Shown here one piece after another: positions 33,543 through 42,485 of a DNA stretch of 54,441 nucleotides. The notes beneath the pieces were generated by a model, which made no database searches, was not told the origin of the DNA, and saw nothing but the letters and a program-made list of their open reading frames with translations. The stretch is from Candidatus Aenigmatarchaeota archaeon. GTDB taxonomy: Archaea > Aenigmatarchaeota > Aenigmatarchaeia > Aenigmatarchaeales > JAHLMS01. Each line of letters begins with the position of its first letter. The stretch's first letter is position 1. The position numbers and the translations under genes were made by a program. The stretch is from assembly GCA_018920245.1 (NCBI GenBank), contig JAHLMS010000001.1, forward strand, positions 9,431 to 63,871. Direction: 5' to 3'.

Positions 33543-35777
33543 CTAAGATGCTGCCGTGATTGTCGGGCTCTCGATGGTTCCGCTGACTGTCACAGCTGGC
33601 ACGTTCTGCGCCTTGATCTCAGTCTGTTTCAACTGGATCACGCGCGCGGCCAGGTCAGTGTCAGCCGCTTCCCATCCTGCGATGAGCACTGCTGTCTTTC
33701 CGGTAGCGAAAGCGTTCGGGAAGACTTTTATCAGTGCTGTGTTCGCAGTCAGGCCAGACGATTCACCGCATGCTGGATATGTCTTGCCCAACAGCTCTGC
33801 AGCCAGTTTGTTGACGCACGGACCGCCTATAACGAACAGGTCGCTGCTTGTCTTGACATTGGCTATTCCAGCCTCATTGTCAAGCATAGCAACGTCTGCC
33901 GTTACCTCGACTGGTTCCTTGGTCTTTACCTCTCCTGTGCCACCAGCTGTCGTCTCACGACCGAATATCAGGTCGCCATAGAGCTGCGTCTTCGGCACCT
34001 TCAGCTCAACACCAGACGAGCTGGCTCCCAAGAAGACCGTGCCGTAGGGCGAAGCGAATCCTCCGCTTCTCGACTTCGGCGTAGTGCCTCCGTAAGCCAC
34101 ACCGATTCCTGGCGTCACTGTGTTGTTGTACGAGACATATGTCGGGTTACCGTCTTTAACGGTAGGTCCAACCTCTGTCACGTTCGCCAGTGTTCCGACT
34201 GTGGTGTTGGATGCGAAGTCATACTCTATGTACCAGTCGCTGGTTGTTATACCGCTCTCGGACAGCGTCGGCTCCCTTATTCTCAACACGAGGTCATCGT
34301 TCGCAAGATTGTCTGTACCGAGCGTCTTGTTGAGTATGGCGAAGCTGAGCGCGCCCTCGGTCAGTGTTATCGATGGTGGTCCAGTAAAGGTTGTCCAGCC
34401 TCCGGTCGAATTCAGGTATACCCAGGCGCCGTTGCTCGCGTCATATGCTACTGTGTCTGCGAAGCCTGAACCTGTGTCGATGACCTTGACAGCATTGCCT
34501 GTTGTCGGGTCTGTAGCAGCTATCTGTAAGCCGCTCTCTGCGACAACACCATTGCCGTTGAAGTCACCAACCCTCGGCGTCACGGATATCTTGTGCCCGG
34601 TGCCACTCTCCAGTCCAGCGAACTTCACTGTGAAGAAGTTGTCCGGCGAAGTTATCGCTGTGCCAGTCTTCAGTGCCGGGTATGTTCCGGTTGGGCCTGT
34701 TCTTGGTTGTATATATTGCAAGGTTATGTTCCTTATCGTGCCAGCTGCACCGACACCGATGCTTGCCTGCCAGTCTTGGTTCGGTGCCTCGAGCATCTGA
34801 CCGTTTGTCAGTTTGTATGAAGTTGCTCCTACCAATATCTCTGCCCAGCCGCCGCCAGTCACGACCGCAGCGTTCTTGACATAAACAGGTATGTTCTTAC
34901 CGCCGATTGTCACGTACTCCGTAGAACCGGAGTTGACGGTAACACGTTGCCCGTTTACATCAATACCGCAAACGACTGTACTGCCTGTTCCTGTACCTAC
35001 GCTCAACAGTTCGACTGTGTATTCGCCTACTGTCTGCTTCTCGCCCACGTTCAGGAAGACTGAGCCGCCTGTTGCAGACAGCTTTACTTCCGTGGTCGAG
35101 GACGATGTCACGACGTAGTCCTTGCCCAAGAACTTTATTGTCTTGCCTGTAAGGTTTGTGGTTCCTACTGGCACATCAGTCTCGAATCTCAACTGATAAA
35201 AGATATAGTGTGTCGAGTCAGACGGTGCCTTTACCATCAAGTCCTTATAGGCATTCTCATATGTTCCTGAGCCGCTCGCATCGTCCGCATACAGCAGATA
35301 ACCGTTCGATGACGTGTCGTTCGCTCCTGTTATTCCGATAACTTCATAGTACTTGTATTCGGTTCCGCCTATGGTTATGCTACCGGATTGCAGGAACGAT
35401 GCTGTTCGTCCACCGTAGGCCGGTGCTTGTATGATGAACGGCGACGTACTTACGTCGAAGTCCCTCGTCTTTGCTGTTGTGTTTAGTGGTTCCATGCGGA
35501 AAGTCACGCCGTCAGCGCCCGCAGCTACCGTTGTCGTCACCGGAACTGATTTCTCCTCGAAGGAGAATGCTGCCATCTTCGCGGCGATGCCAATCGCACC
35601 TGCCACATCTGACGGCTTTGCATCATTTCCGATCACGAAAACAGGGAAGCTCGTTGCGCTAGCGAGTCCGTATATTCCGCTGACGTTACTGACTGTCGCT
35701 GCCAAAGCTGGTGCCGTAGCTGCCAAAGTTCCCATCAGGGCCGATCCAGCAAGGGCTGCAATTTTTCTGAATTGCAT
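33543..35777 (-). CDS. S-layer protein (Methanococcales/Thermococcales-type N- and C-terminal domains)
   Basis: It has a signal peptide ending APALAATV, then SFPVFVIGNDAKPSDVAGAIGIA. The C-terminus reads DLFVIGGPCVNKLAAELL...AVLIAGWEAADTDLAA. The ATG at 35777 is preceded by GGAGGT. Confidence 0.8.
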   Translation of the reverse strand: MQFRKIAALAGSALMGTLAATAPALAATVSNVSGIYGLASATSFPVFVIGNDAKPSDVAGAIGIAAKMAAFSFEEKSVPVTTTVAAGADGVTFRMEPLNTTAKTRDFDVSTSPFIIQAPAYGGRTASFLQSGSITIGGTEYKYYEVIGITGANDTSSNGYLLYADDASGSGTYENAYKDLMVKAPSDSTHYIFYQLRFETDVPVGTTNLTGKTIKFLGKDYVVTSSSTTEVKLSATGGSVFLNVGEKQTVGEYTVELLSVGTGTGSTVVCGIDVNGQRVTVNSGSTEYVTIGGKNIPVYVKNAAVVTGGGWAEILVGATSYKLTNGQMLEAPNQDWQASIGVGAAGTIRNITLQYIQPRTGPTGTYPALKTGTAITSPDNFFTVKFAGLESGTGHKISVTPRVGDFNGNGVVAESGLQIAATDPTTGNAVKVIDTGSGFADTVAYDASNGAWVYLNSTGGWTTFTGPPSITLTEGALSFAILNKTLGTDNLANDDLVLRIREPTLSESGITTSDWYIEYDFASNTTVGTLANVTEVGPTVKDGNPTYVSYNNTVTPGIGVAYGGTTPKSRSGGFASPYGTVFLGASSSGVELKVPKTQLYGDLIFGRETTAGGTGEVKTKEPVEVTADVAMLDNEAGIANVKTSSDLFVIGGPCVNKLAAELLGKTYPACGESSGLTANTALIKVFPNAFATGKTAVLIAGWEAADTDLAARVIQLKQTEIKAQNVPAVTVSGTIESPTITAAS

Positions 35778-35957
35778 CTGCTTTACCTCCATTTCCAAAT
35801 TTTGTTTTCGTTTTTGTTTAAACCTCGCATGTTGTAACAGACTTTTCTGTCCGCAACATCATGCAAGGTTTTGCACGAGTTGCTCGTGCTGGTTTTGAAA
35901 TTTCAACTTGGCAACACGCATTGCAACCTGCTAGCGGCTGCCTGTGCTGAAATTTGT

Positions 35958-35994
35958 TGAATTATAATGCTCATAGAGGGAATATATAATTTTA
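35958..35994 (-). promoter_or_regulatory. Candidate BRE/TATA promoter(s) of the S-layer gene, implying a 5' UTR of about 150-190 nt
   Basis: The minus strand carries AAAATTATATATTCC and GCATTATAATTC. Stable hairpins (GCACGAGCAACTCGTGC and others) lie between the promoter and the RBS. Confidence 0.4.
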
Positions 35995-36090
35995 GAGAAA
36001 CTGTTTCTGTCAATATCGGTTATTGTTTCCAAATATATTTTCAGACATAAATAACATTTAAAATGCATTTTAATAGTTTCTAAAGGTGTT

Positions 36091-36951
36091 TTATGACTCC
36101 TTTTTGATTTCTTTTCCCCAGAATATCCTGTTTGAGCGACCAGTTCGTTCCAATTTCACAAGACCGCGTTCACTCAAAGATTTTAAGACTTTTGATACCT
36201 TTGCCTTGGAGTAGCCGCTTTCCTTGACAATTATCTTCTGATTGACCCCGCTACCATGCTTGATTAGGCATTCAAGAATCGTTTTCTCATCTTTCTTCAG
36301 AACAGGAAGAATCATTTTCATTCCTTCCTTTGAGCTGGTGAAATAATATTTGTATGCGATGGCGCCGGCCGCAACGATTATTGCAATTATTGCGAGCAAT
36401 GTCGAAATGGCAGAAATCTCGAAGCGCTCATATGCGATCGAGCCCGTCCATTGTTCTTTTACATTGCTAGCTGACCAGCTTATCTGTATGTGCCTGCCGT
36501 CAGATGTTATTGAGGCACCCGAAGGCTCGATAGCATCCGTTACGGGTTCCTTGAGCGCTGCACCTGCCGGAAGTTTGACACGCACGCTGAGATTGCTGGC
36601 AGGCTGCGGCATTCTAAAAGTTTCCGACCAAATGAGCCAGCCTTCTTTTCGATGGATACTTGATTTGTATGTCACTATCAATTTGTTTATAACATCATCA
36701 CAAATTATGTTCGTCTGAAGCAATGCTTTGTCTATGCGACAAGTAGGTTCGACGTTAACATCCTGCGGCGTGCCAGGTATAGACATTATCAGATTTTTTA
36801 CAGGTTTCGTGAAAATCATTTCAATATTGGAGCTGGCAGTATCATCAGAAATGATAACATCGACGGAATAGCTGCTTATCTCAGCAGCTACAGGAATGGA
36901 TTGCAGTACCAGTGCTATAAACACCAGCACAGCCATTAATGCTATCCTCAT
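36091..36951 (-). CDS. Membrane-spanning protein with an extracytoplasmic domain and a C-terminal winged-helix DNA-binding domain
   Basis: It has a signal or TM at the N-terminus, a central TM (LLAIIAIIVAAGAIAY), and the C-terminal wHTH ILECLIKHGSGVNQKIIVKESGYSKAKVSKVLKSLSERGLV. Confidence 0.5.
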   Translation of the reverse strand: MRIALMAVLVFIALVLQSIPVAAEISSYSVDVIISDDTASSNIEMIFTKPVKNLIMSIPGTPQDVNVEPTCRIDKALLQTNIICDDVINKLIVTYKSSIHRKEGWLIWSETFRMPQPASNLSVRVKLPAGAALKEPVTDAIEPSGASITSDGRHIQISWSASNVKEQWTGSIAYERFEISAISTLLAIIAIIVAAGAIAYKYYFTSSKEGMKMILPVLKKDEKTILECLIKHGSGVNQKIIVKESGYSKAKVSKVLKSLSERGLVKLERTGRSNRIFWGKEIKKES

Positions 36952-37421
36952 TGTTCAGATCCCCGCACGAATATTATTCCACCAAGTCCGGCTGCAGCGA
37001 AATGATGCATCATTTGCGCTACACTGTTAAGAATATTCTGCGCTTCTCCAACATTTATAGTAAGTTTTGATGGCTCCAGCAATTCAACAGCCGAAGGTCC
37101 GTACTGCATCACGATTTGAACAAGGCTGTCGAAATCCTTTGTCACAAGCTCAACTTCTGCTGTCCCGGACCAGGCAATATCCACGCCTTTCAACGGCTTC
37201 TCGCGTTTCTCAAGAGTGCCAAATTCTTTCTTGTATAGTTTCACGCGCGCATCCTGATCGAGTTTATCTATAAGTTCGGACAGTGCTGCTCGCGTGACGT
37301 CCTCGTTGGCCGCCAATGCAGTAAACGCCAACCATGCGCGCAACCATCCTGAACTTATCTTCTCGTCTGCAACATCTTTGCTTATAATATTGGACACCTT
37401 GCAAATTGTATGTACGGGCAA
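36948..37421 (-). CDS. Hypothetical protein
   Basis: An ORF overlapping the next gene by 4 nt, with no motif recognised. Confidence 0.4.
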   Translation of the reverse strand: MPVHTICKVSNIISKDVADEKISSGWLRAWLAFTALAANEDVTRAALSELIDKLDQDARVKLYKKEFGTLEKREKPLKGVDIAWSGTAEVELVTKDFDSLVQIVMQYGPSAVELLEPSKLTINVGEAQNILNSVAQMMHHFAAAGLGGIIFVRGSEQ

Positions 37422-37432
37422 AGCTTTTAATG

Positions 37433-38455
37433 TTATTGTTTAATCCAACGAGTTCCTGCTATCGGTATTTTTGTCTTACAAGCAGGGCATCTGAAGTCCT
37501 TGGACAAATCTATTTTTTTGACCATTATGCCATATCGCTCTATCAGCAACCGCCCACAGCCGGGGCAGTAGGTCGATTCGTACTTATGCCCTGCGATGTT
37601 TCCTAGGTAAACGAACCGTAGGCCCTCATTGTATGCTATTTCATATGCAGATTCGAGCAGCTTCAAGTCTGGGCTTGGCAACTGTAGCTTGTACGATGGA
37701 AAGAAACGGATAATATGCAGAGGCGTATCTGGGCCCAAGTTGTCGACAATCCATCTGCATAGCTTTCTCATATCAGCCAAGGATTCCCCGTACTGTGGTA
37801 TCAGAAGGTTAGTGACCTCTATGAAAATCTTGTTCTTTTTGTATGCCAACAGTGCATCGTAAATGGGTTGCACATCCGTCACTGATGAGAGCTGTGCATA
37901 AGCCTTCGGATTGCCAGATGCCTTGAAATCAACTACAGCCGCATCCAGATGCCTTGAAATGGCCTTTATCGCCTCAGGGCTCGTGTAGCCATTTGTGACC
38001 CAGCAATTATAGAGGCCAGCCTTATTCGCCAATGCTGCGCAGTCAGCTGCAAACTCAAAGAACATCGTCGGCTCTACATACGTGTAGCATAAGCCGGAAC
38101 ACCCAGCCTCTTTCGCTGATTTTACCACTTGCGCTGGCGTCCATTCCTCACCTTCTACCTCTTTCCATAGTTGCGAGAGCTCGGCATTGCAGCAGAACTT
38201 GCACATGAAATTGCAACCGACTGTGCTAATGGAAAAGGTATTAGAACCTGGCGCGAAGTGAAAAAACGGCTTCTTTTGTATCGGATCAATGTTGATAGCG
38301 GTTAGCCTGCCGTAGTTCAGTGAAAATAGTTTGCCGCCGATATTTTGCCTCACCCTGCAAAATCCTGTTTTGCCTTCGGTTATCTGGCATTTGCGACTAC
38401 AGAGGTAACATTGTACTACCTTACCTGAACGTTTCCAGAACTTCGCAACATGCAT
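37433..38455 (-). CDS. AmmeMemoRadiSam-system radical SAM enzyme (PflA-like activase family)
   Basis: CYLCSRKC...GFCRVR, and TVGCNFMCKFCCN containing the CX3CX2C cluster. Confidence 0.75.
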   Translation of the reverse strand: MHVAKFWKRSGKVVQCYLCSRKCQITEGKTGFCRVRQNIGGKLFSLNYGRLTAINIDPIQKKPFFHFAPGSNTFSISTVGCNFMCKFCCNAELSQLWKEVEGEEWTPAQVVKSAKEAGCSGLCYTYVEPTMFFEFAADCAALANKAGLYNCWVTNGYTSPEAIKAISRHLDAAVVDFKASGNPKAYAQLSSVTDVQPIYDALLAYKKNKIFIEVTNLLIPQYGESLADMRKLCRWIVDNLGPDTPLHIIRFFPSYKLQLPSPDLKLLESAYEIAYNEGLRFVYLGNIAGHKYESTYCPGCGRLLIERYGIMVKKIDLSKDFRCPACKTKIPIAGTRWIKQ

Positions 38456-38459
38456 ATAA

Positions 38460-38473
38460 GGCTTTTAAATTCC
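38460..38473 (+). promoter_or_regulatory. TATA box (GCTTTTAAATTCC) about 29 nt upstream of tRNA-Thr
   Basis: Its spacing to the tRNA 5' end fits an archaeal promoter. Confidence 0.45.
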
Positions 38474-38494
38474 ACGCCTTTAATTTCTTTGCAT

Positions 38495-38603
38495 GCCTCG
38501 GTGGCTCAGTTGGTAGAGCGGTCGCCTCGTAGGGCATGACGGCCTTCGGCCGTCTGTTCATGTGAGCGACAGGTCGCGAGTTCGATTCTCGCCCGAGGCT
38601 CCA
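38495..38603 (+). tRNA. tRNA-Thr(CGU) with a 33-nt intron at 37/38 (about 38532..38564). CCA is encoded.
   Basis: The acceptor is GCCUCGG/CCGAGGC with U73, the D arm GCUC/GAGC, the anticodon stem GUCGC/GCGAC with loop CUCGUA...A, and the T arm GCGAG-UUCGAUU-CUCGC. The intron core hairpin is GACGGCCUUCGGCCGUC. Confidence 0.8.
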
Positions 38604-38643
38604 TAACCTTAAGCTATCGTGATAAAATCTGGAGAGTGAGAAA

Positions 38644-38952
38644 ATGGCAGAATTCATTTGCTTCGTGAAAAGGGAAAATGCGCGCAAGGCTGAGGATATG
38701 CTTCGTGCGGACTTCGATGTCGCTGCAAAGCAGTCGATAACCGTAAGGGATGCATCCGCGCTCGGCATCAAGGAGGCTGGAGATGGCAGCTTCTTTTACA
38801 TAACAGGCAGCGATGAAGGCGTAAAAAAATGTCAGGAGCTTATCAAGGATTTTGTGGTAGCAACTGAAAAACAGCTGCTGGACAAGGCTAAGACAAAAAT
38901 CATCGAGGAACAGGAAGCAGCGGCAGCAGGGTTCGGTGGAATTTTCGGGTGA
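38644..38952 (+). CDS. Hypothetical 102-aa protein with a ribosomal P-stalk-like C-terminal tail
   Basis: The C-terminus ...IIEEQEAAAAGFGGIFG* resembles the aP1/P0 tail (...EEALAGLGALFG). The N-terminal ~80 aa do not resemble P1. Confidence 0.5.
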   Translation: MAEFICFVKRENARKAEDMLRADFDVAAKQSITVRDASALGIKEAGDGSFFYITGSDEGVKKCQELIKDFVVATEKQLLDKAKTKIIEEQEAAAAGFGGIFG

Positions 38953-38958
38953 TACATT

Positions 38959-39318
38959 ATGGCGACAACGATGGCTGTCTATACTACTGGCGCTATGCCA
39001 ATTTACATACAGAAGATGACTCAGTGGACACGCGACAACTGGAACTATGCAGGCACATACACAGACGTGAAAAGGCTACTGGACGATGCTAAGAACAAAA
39101 AGTTTGCCTATGTCCTTGTGTACTCATTTGGTGTGCTTGAACCTGATGTGATGAGCAACCTGGCAGCACTTGGTGTAAAGGTGTTGGCATTCAAAGAACA
39201 ACAGAAGCTCGAAGAGGAACTAAAGAACGCAAAGATATCGGATGCGCGGAGCGTTTCTGTCCGTATAAACCAGAACAGCGATTACGTTGAAATTAAAATA
39301 CCTCCGAAACAAAAATAG
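38959..39318 (+). CDS. Hypothetical protein
   Basis: An ORF 6 nt after the previous stop, with no motif recognised. Confidence 0.4.
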   Translation: MATTMAVYTTGAMPIYIQKMTQWTRDNWNYAGTYTDVKRLLDDAKNKKFAYVLVYSFGVLEPDVMSNLAALGVKVLAFKEQQKLEEELKNAKISDARSVSVRINQNSDYVEIKIPPKQK

Positions 39319-39322
39319 TTCT

Positions 39323-39470
39323 GCGCCCGTAGTCTAGCGGTAACCGACGGCCAAAGGCCGTCTATGCCGTATGGATCTGAGCTTCCCAAGAACCCTTTTG
39401 TTCCGCAAAAGCGTTCACGGAAAAACGGAAAAAGCTCGTGACGCGGGTTCGAATCCCGCCGGGCGCACCA
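39323..39470 (+). tRNA. tRNA-Gly(CCC) with two introns: about 30 nt in the D-loop (about 39343..39372) and about 44 nt at 37/38 (about 39389..39432). CCA is encoded.
   Basis: The acceptor is GCGCCCG/CGGGCGC, the D stem GUCU/GGAU split by an insert containing GACGGCCAAAGGCCGUC, the anticodon stem UGAGC/GCUCG with loop UUCCCA...A, and the T arm GCGGG-UUCGAAU-CCCGC. The mature length sums to 74 nt. Confidence 0.7.
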
Positions 39471-39703
39471 ATTTGGACAATTATGACAATGTTTCGAGTC
39501 TGTGAATCTTGAGGTAAGGTGCACCGTCCGCTGCATTCGGACATATCGGACATCTGAGCGGGGGTACTTAAATTCTGAACTGCTAAATAATTTCAGATCC
39601 CTGCGGCATAAAGGAACCAGAATGACGACCTTCAGTCGTTTCTGCAATGGTTTAATTCACGAATGAAATTATATTTAAATGTTTTTCCACTCAAGCATTA
39701 GAA

Positions 39704-40078
39704 ATGCAAAATCAAAAACGCAAGATTGAAATTGATTATTCGTCTGTATCACTTACAGACAAAGATAAGTATATGGATGCCGTTGATAAGTTGTTTAGTA
39801 TTATTGGCCAAAAACCACAACGCATAAGCTATAAATCTGATGGGCATTGCCGTCCAACAGCAAGAATAATTTGCAATACCGATGTTTATGAGATAAAACA
39901 GCCTCCCAACAAGACAGATGAGAAAAAGCTTGTTGCGCTTCTATACGGACTTGCCAAAATATCTAATGCTCGCTCAGAACTGATCTTTTATGATTCTGCT
40001 GGTGACAATTTTTCCACAAAACATCGCCGCGAAAATGCTGGCAAAACACAGAAAAGAATAGACGAATGGCTGTCATGA
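39704..40078 (+). CDS. Hypothetical protein
   Basis: An ORF preceded by TTATATTTAAATG about 25 nt upstream, which suggests a leaderless transcript. No motif was recognised. Confidence 0.4.
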   Translation: MQNQKRKIEIDYSSVSLTDKDKYMDAVDKLFSIIGQKPQRISYKSDGHCRPTARIICNTDVYEIKQPPNKTDEKKLVALLYGLAKISNARSELIFYDSAGDNFSTKHRRENAGKTQKRIDEWLS

Positions 40079-40106
40079 GTAAGAACTGGACCGCATAGTC
40101 TGATGT

Positions 40107-40118
40107 GTATTTAAAAAC
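40107..40118 (+). promoter_or_regulatory. TATA box (GTATTTAAAAAC) about 27 nt upstream of tRNA-Val(GAC)
   Basis: Its spacing to the tRNA 5' end. Confidence 0.45.
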
Positions 40119-40138
40119 TCTCTATGCAATTTCTGTTC

Positions 40139-40248
40139 GGGCCGGTGGTCTAGTGGTAAGGCATTGATGATGCTTCGCATCATCATCCCATATTGACGTC
40201 ACCCTGACACGGTGGAGGTCGAGAGTTCGAATCTCTCCCGGCCCACCA
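40139..40248 (+). tRNA. tRNA-Val(GAC) with a single intron of about 35 nt in the D-loop (about 40159..40193) and an uninterrupted anticodon loop. CCA is encoded.
   Basis: The acceptor is GGGCCGG/CCGGCCC, the anticodon stem-loop is UCACC-CUGACAC-GGUGG, and the T arm is GAGAG-UUCGAAU-CUCUC. The D region is split by an insert with the hairpin GAUGAUGCUUCGCAUCAUC. Confidence 0.7.
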
Positions 40249-40251
40249 GTC

Positions 40252-41538
40252 GTGATTGTCGTGAAAATAGTTGCTGATCTGCACATCCATTCGCACTTTT
40301 CGCGGGCAACCAGCAAGGACATGAACATCGCGAATTTAGAGAAGTATGGCCTCATGAAAGGTGTCAATCTAATCGGTTGTGGTGATTTCACACACCCGGC
40401 CTGGCTGGCGGAGCTGAAATCTGTGCTAAAACCAGTCGATGATTCTGGATTTTTCAACTACAAAGATAAAAATATGCTTTTTGCGCTGAGTGCGGAGATA
40501 TCGCTGATATACAGCCAGGACGGGAAGCTGCGAAAGATACATAACGTCCTGCTCGCGCCGTCGTTCGAGATTGTGGAACAGATAAACGAATGGCTCGGCA
40601 AATATGGAAACCTGTCGGCAGACGGCAGACCGGTTTTTGGAAAGATAACATGCCCGGAGCTTGTCGAGGCTATGATGCAAATTTCAAAGGACATCATGGT
40701 CATTCCTGCACATGCATGGACTCCGTGGTTCTCACTGTTCGGTTCCATGTCAGGCTTTGACAGCATAGACGACTGTTTCCAAGACCAAATCAAGAACATC
40801 TTCGCTATCGAAACAGGACTTTCAAGCGATCCTGCAATGAACTGGCGGCTTTCGCAGCTGGACCGCTTTGCACTGGTGAGCAACTCAGACTGCCACAGCT
40901 ACTATCCGTGGAGGCTGGGCCGTGAGGCGAATGTGTTTGAAATAAAGCCGACGTACACCGAGTTAGTGAATGCGATAAAAAACAAGGACCCAAAGCGGTT
41001 CCTATTCACAATTGAGACTGATCCCAAATATGGCAAGTATCACTGGGACGGCCACAGGTTCTGCAATGTTGTCATGAGCCCGAAAGAGGCGCTGGCACGC
41101 AAGAACACCTGCCCTGTTTGCGGGCGACAGCTCACGATAGGCGTCGAGCATCGCGTGGAAGAGCTGGCCGACAGACCTGAAGGTTTCGTGCCAAAAGGTG
41201 CCATCCCATTCAAATCACTGTTACCACTGTCCGAGCTGATAGGAGGCCTATATAATATGCAGCCATTCAGCAAGAAGGTGTTCGAAATATACTCAAAACT
41301 CATGAAAGCTTTTGGAAACGAATTCACCGTCCTTCTTGATGTCCCTGAGGAAAGGCTGAAAGCGGTCGTTGATGAGAAGATTGTAACAGCGATAATGAGA
41401 AACAGATGCGGTCAAATAATCGTCCGGCCAGGCTATGACGGTATATACGGCGTACCGGTTTTTGAAGCCAGCGAGATAACAGAGGTCCAGAAGAGCAGGA
41501 GCCCCCAGAGTACCCTTGATAAATACGTGAAAAAATAA
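40252..41538 (+). CDS. Endonuclease Q (PHP-domain nuclease acting at deaminated bases)
   Basis: ADLHIHSHFSRATS, PAHAWTPWFS, NSDCHS...LGREANVFE, KYHWDGHR and CPVCGRQLTIGVEHRVEEL parallel Pyrococcus EndoQ. It has a GTG start 3 nt after the tRNA. Confidence 0.75.
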   Translation: MIVVKIVADLHIHSHFSRATSKDMNIANLEKYGLMKGVNLIGCGDFTHPAWLAELKSVLKPVDDSGFFNYKDKNMLFALSAEISLIYSQDGKLRKIHNVLLAPSFEIVEQINEWLGKYGNLSADGRPVFGKITCPELVEAMMQISKDIMVIPAHAWTPWFSLFGSMSGFDSIDDCFQDQIKNIFAIETGLSSDPAMNWRLSQLDRFALVSNSDCHSYYPWRLGREANVFEIKPTYTELVNAIKNKDPKRFLFTIETDPKYGKYHWDGHRFCNVVMSPKEALARKNTCPVCGRQLTIGVEHRVEELADRPEGFVPKGAIPFKSLLPLSELIGGLYNMQPFSKKVFEIYSKLMKAFGNEFTVLLDVPEERLKAVVDEKIVTAIMRNRCGQIIVRPGYDGIYGVPVFEASEITEVQKSRSPQSTLDKYVKK

Positions 41539-41543
41539 ATGGC

Positions 41544-42473
41544 TTACTTGCCCAATGCCGTCAACGACAGCTGCTGGTCAATATAATAACCGTAGCTGGC
41601 GTTCACACCAACTGAAAATGGTTTCTTGACATTGACCCCAGACGTCACGTTGACATCGCAGATTATCGAAGCTGTGTTGCCGACAATCTCAACATTCTCG
41701 TAGCAAGTCGGGTCTATTATAACAAGGTCTGTGCCGAAGCCTGTCAAACCAACGATTATATCATTCAGCGCATCCTCAGGTATGCTGAACTTGCTTGTGT
41801 CGGTTCCATCGGCGTTTATGCCTGTAACGTTGTTGTATCTATAAACAACTCCTTTCTCGGTGTTAGTGAAAGTGATCTGCAGCGTGAATGTTTCTCCTGG
41901 ACCTGATACAACTACAGGGTCAGGTGCCACTGTGACTGCCATACTGACCGGACCATTGGTAACCGACCAGCTTGACTTTTCCAGAGTTTCGCCTCTATTT
42001 TGCGCTGCTGTCGCTTCGGACTGCGGGTAGACAATTATCTGACCAAATGCTGTTGTCACGTAGTCATAATATACCCTGCCTGTGAGCGTGTATATTCGTG
42101 ATTGCCCGCGCGGTAACGTTGGACCTGTTAATGTCCAAGTCTCTATCTGCATATCAGCAGGGATGTTTCTGAGCGGGTCAGCTGGCCGCAGATTCTTATC
42201 GAACTTGCGCACTATGTTACCAGGTGTCCAGTCATCCGCACCTATAAGAAGTATGCCTCCGTTGCCTACGGTTACAATCTGCTGACCTTGATTCTCTATA
42301 CCAAGCGAAACCTGAGTCTTGGAACCGCTGTATACTTGCGCTTGGGACGCAGTGAAGTTTGTTATTTCGAGCCCGTTGCCCGAGATTATCGTTGGCTGAC
42401 CACCTAGGCAACCAGCCACTATAACAGCACCTAGAATAAGCATTGCGAGTTTTGCTTTTGAATCAAAAAACAT
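41544..42473 (-). CDS. Lipobox-bearing secreted beta-rich protein, paralogue family member (envelope cluster gene 7)
   Basis: The N-terminus is ...LILGAVIVAGCLGG and the C-terminal signature is NASYGYYIDQQLSLTALGK. AGGAGGA lies upstream of the ATG. Confidence 0.55.
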   Translation of the reverse strand: MFFDSKAKLAMLILGAVIVAGCLGGQPTIISGNGLEITNFTASQAQVYSGSKTQVSLGIENQGQQIVTVGNGGILLIGADDWTPGNIVRKFDKNLRPADPLRNIPADMQIETWTLTGPTLPRGQSRIYTLTGRVYYDYVTTAFGQIIVYPQSEATAAQNRGETLEKSSWSVTNGPVSMAVTVAPDPVVVSGPGETFTLQITFTNTEKGVVYRYNNVTGINADGTDTSKFSIPEDALNDIIVGLTGFGTDLVIIDPTCYENVEIVGNTASIICDVNVTSGVNVKKPFSVGVNASYGYYIDQQLSLTALGK

Positions 42474-42485
42474 TACATCATCCTC

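Noticed and set aside
33492-35898. Plus-strand ORFs (325, 226, 155 and 141 aa) antisense to the S-layer gene
   Set aside because: They are shadow ORFs of a long Thr/Gly/Ala/Val-rich gene. The minus-strand product has clear S-layer N- and C-terminal domains.
38421-40457. Minus-strand ORFs 38421..38771, 39282..39647, 39362..39553 and 40122..40457
   Set aside because: Each runs antisense through a tRNA gene and its intron, and they have no coding signatures.
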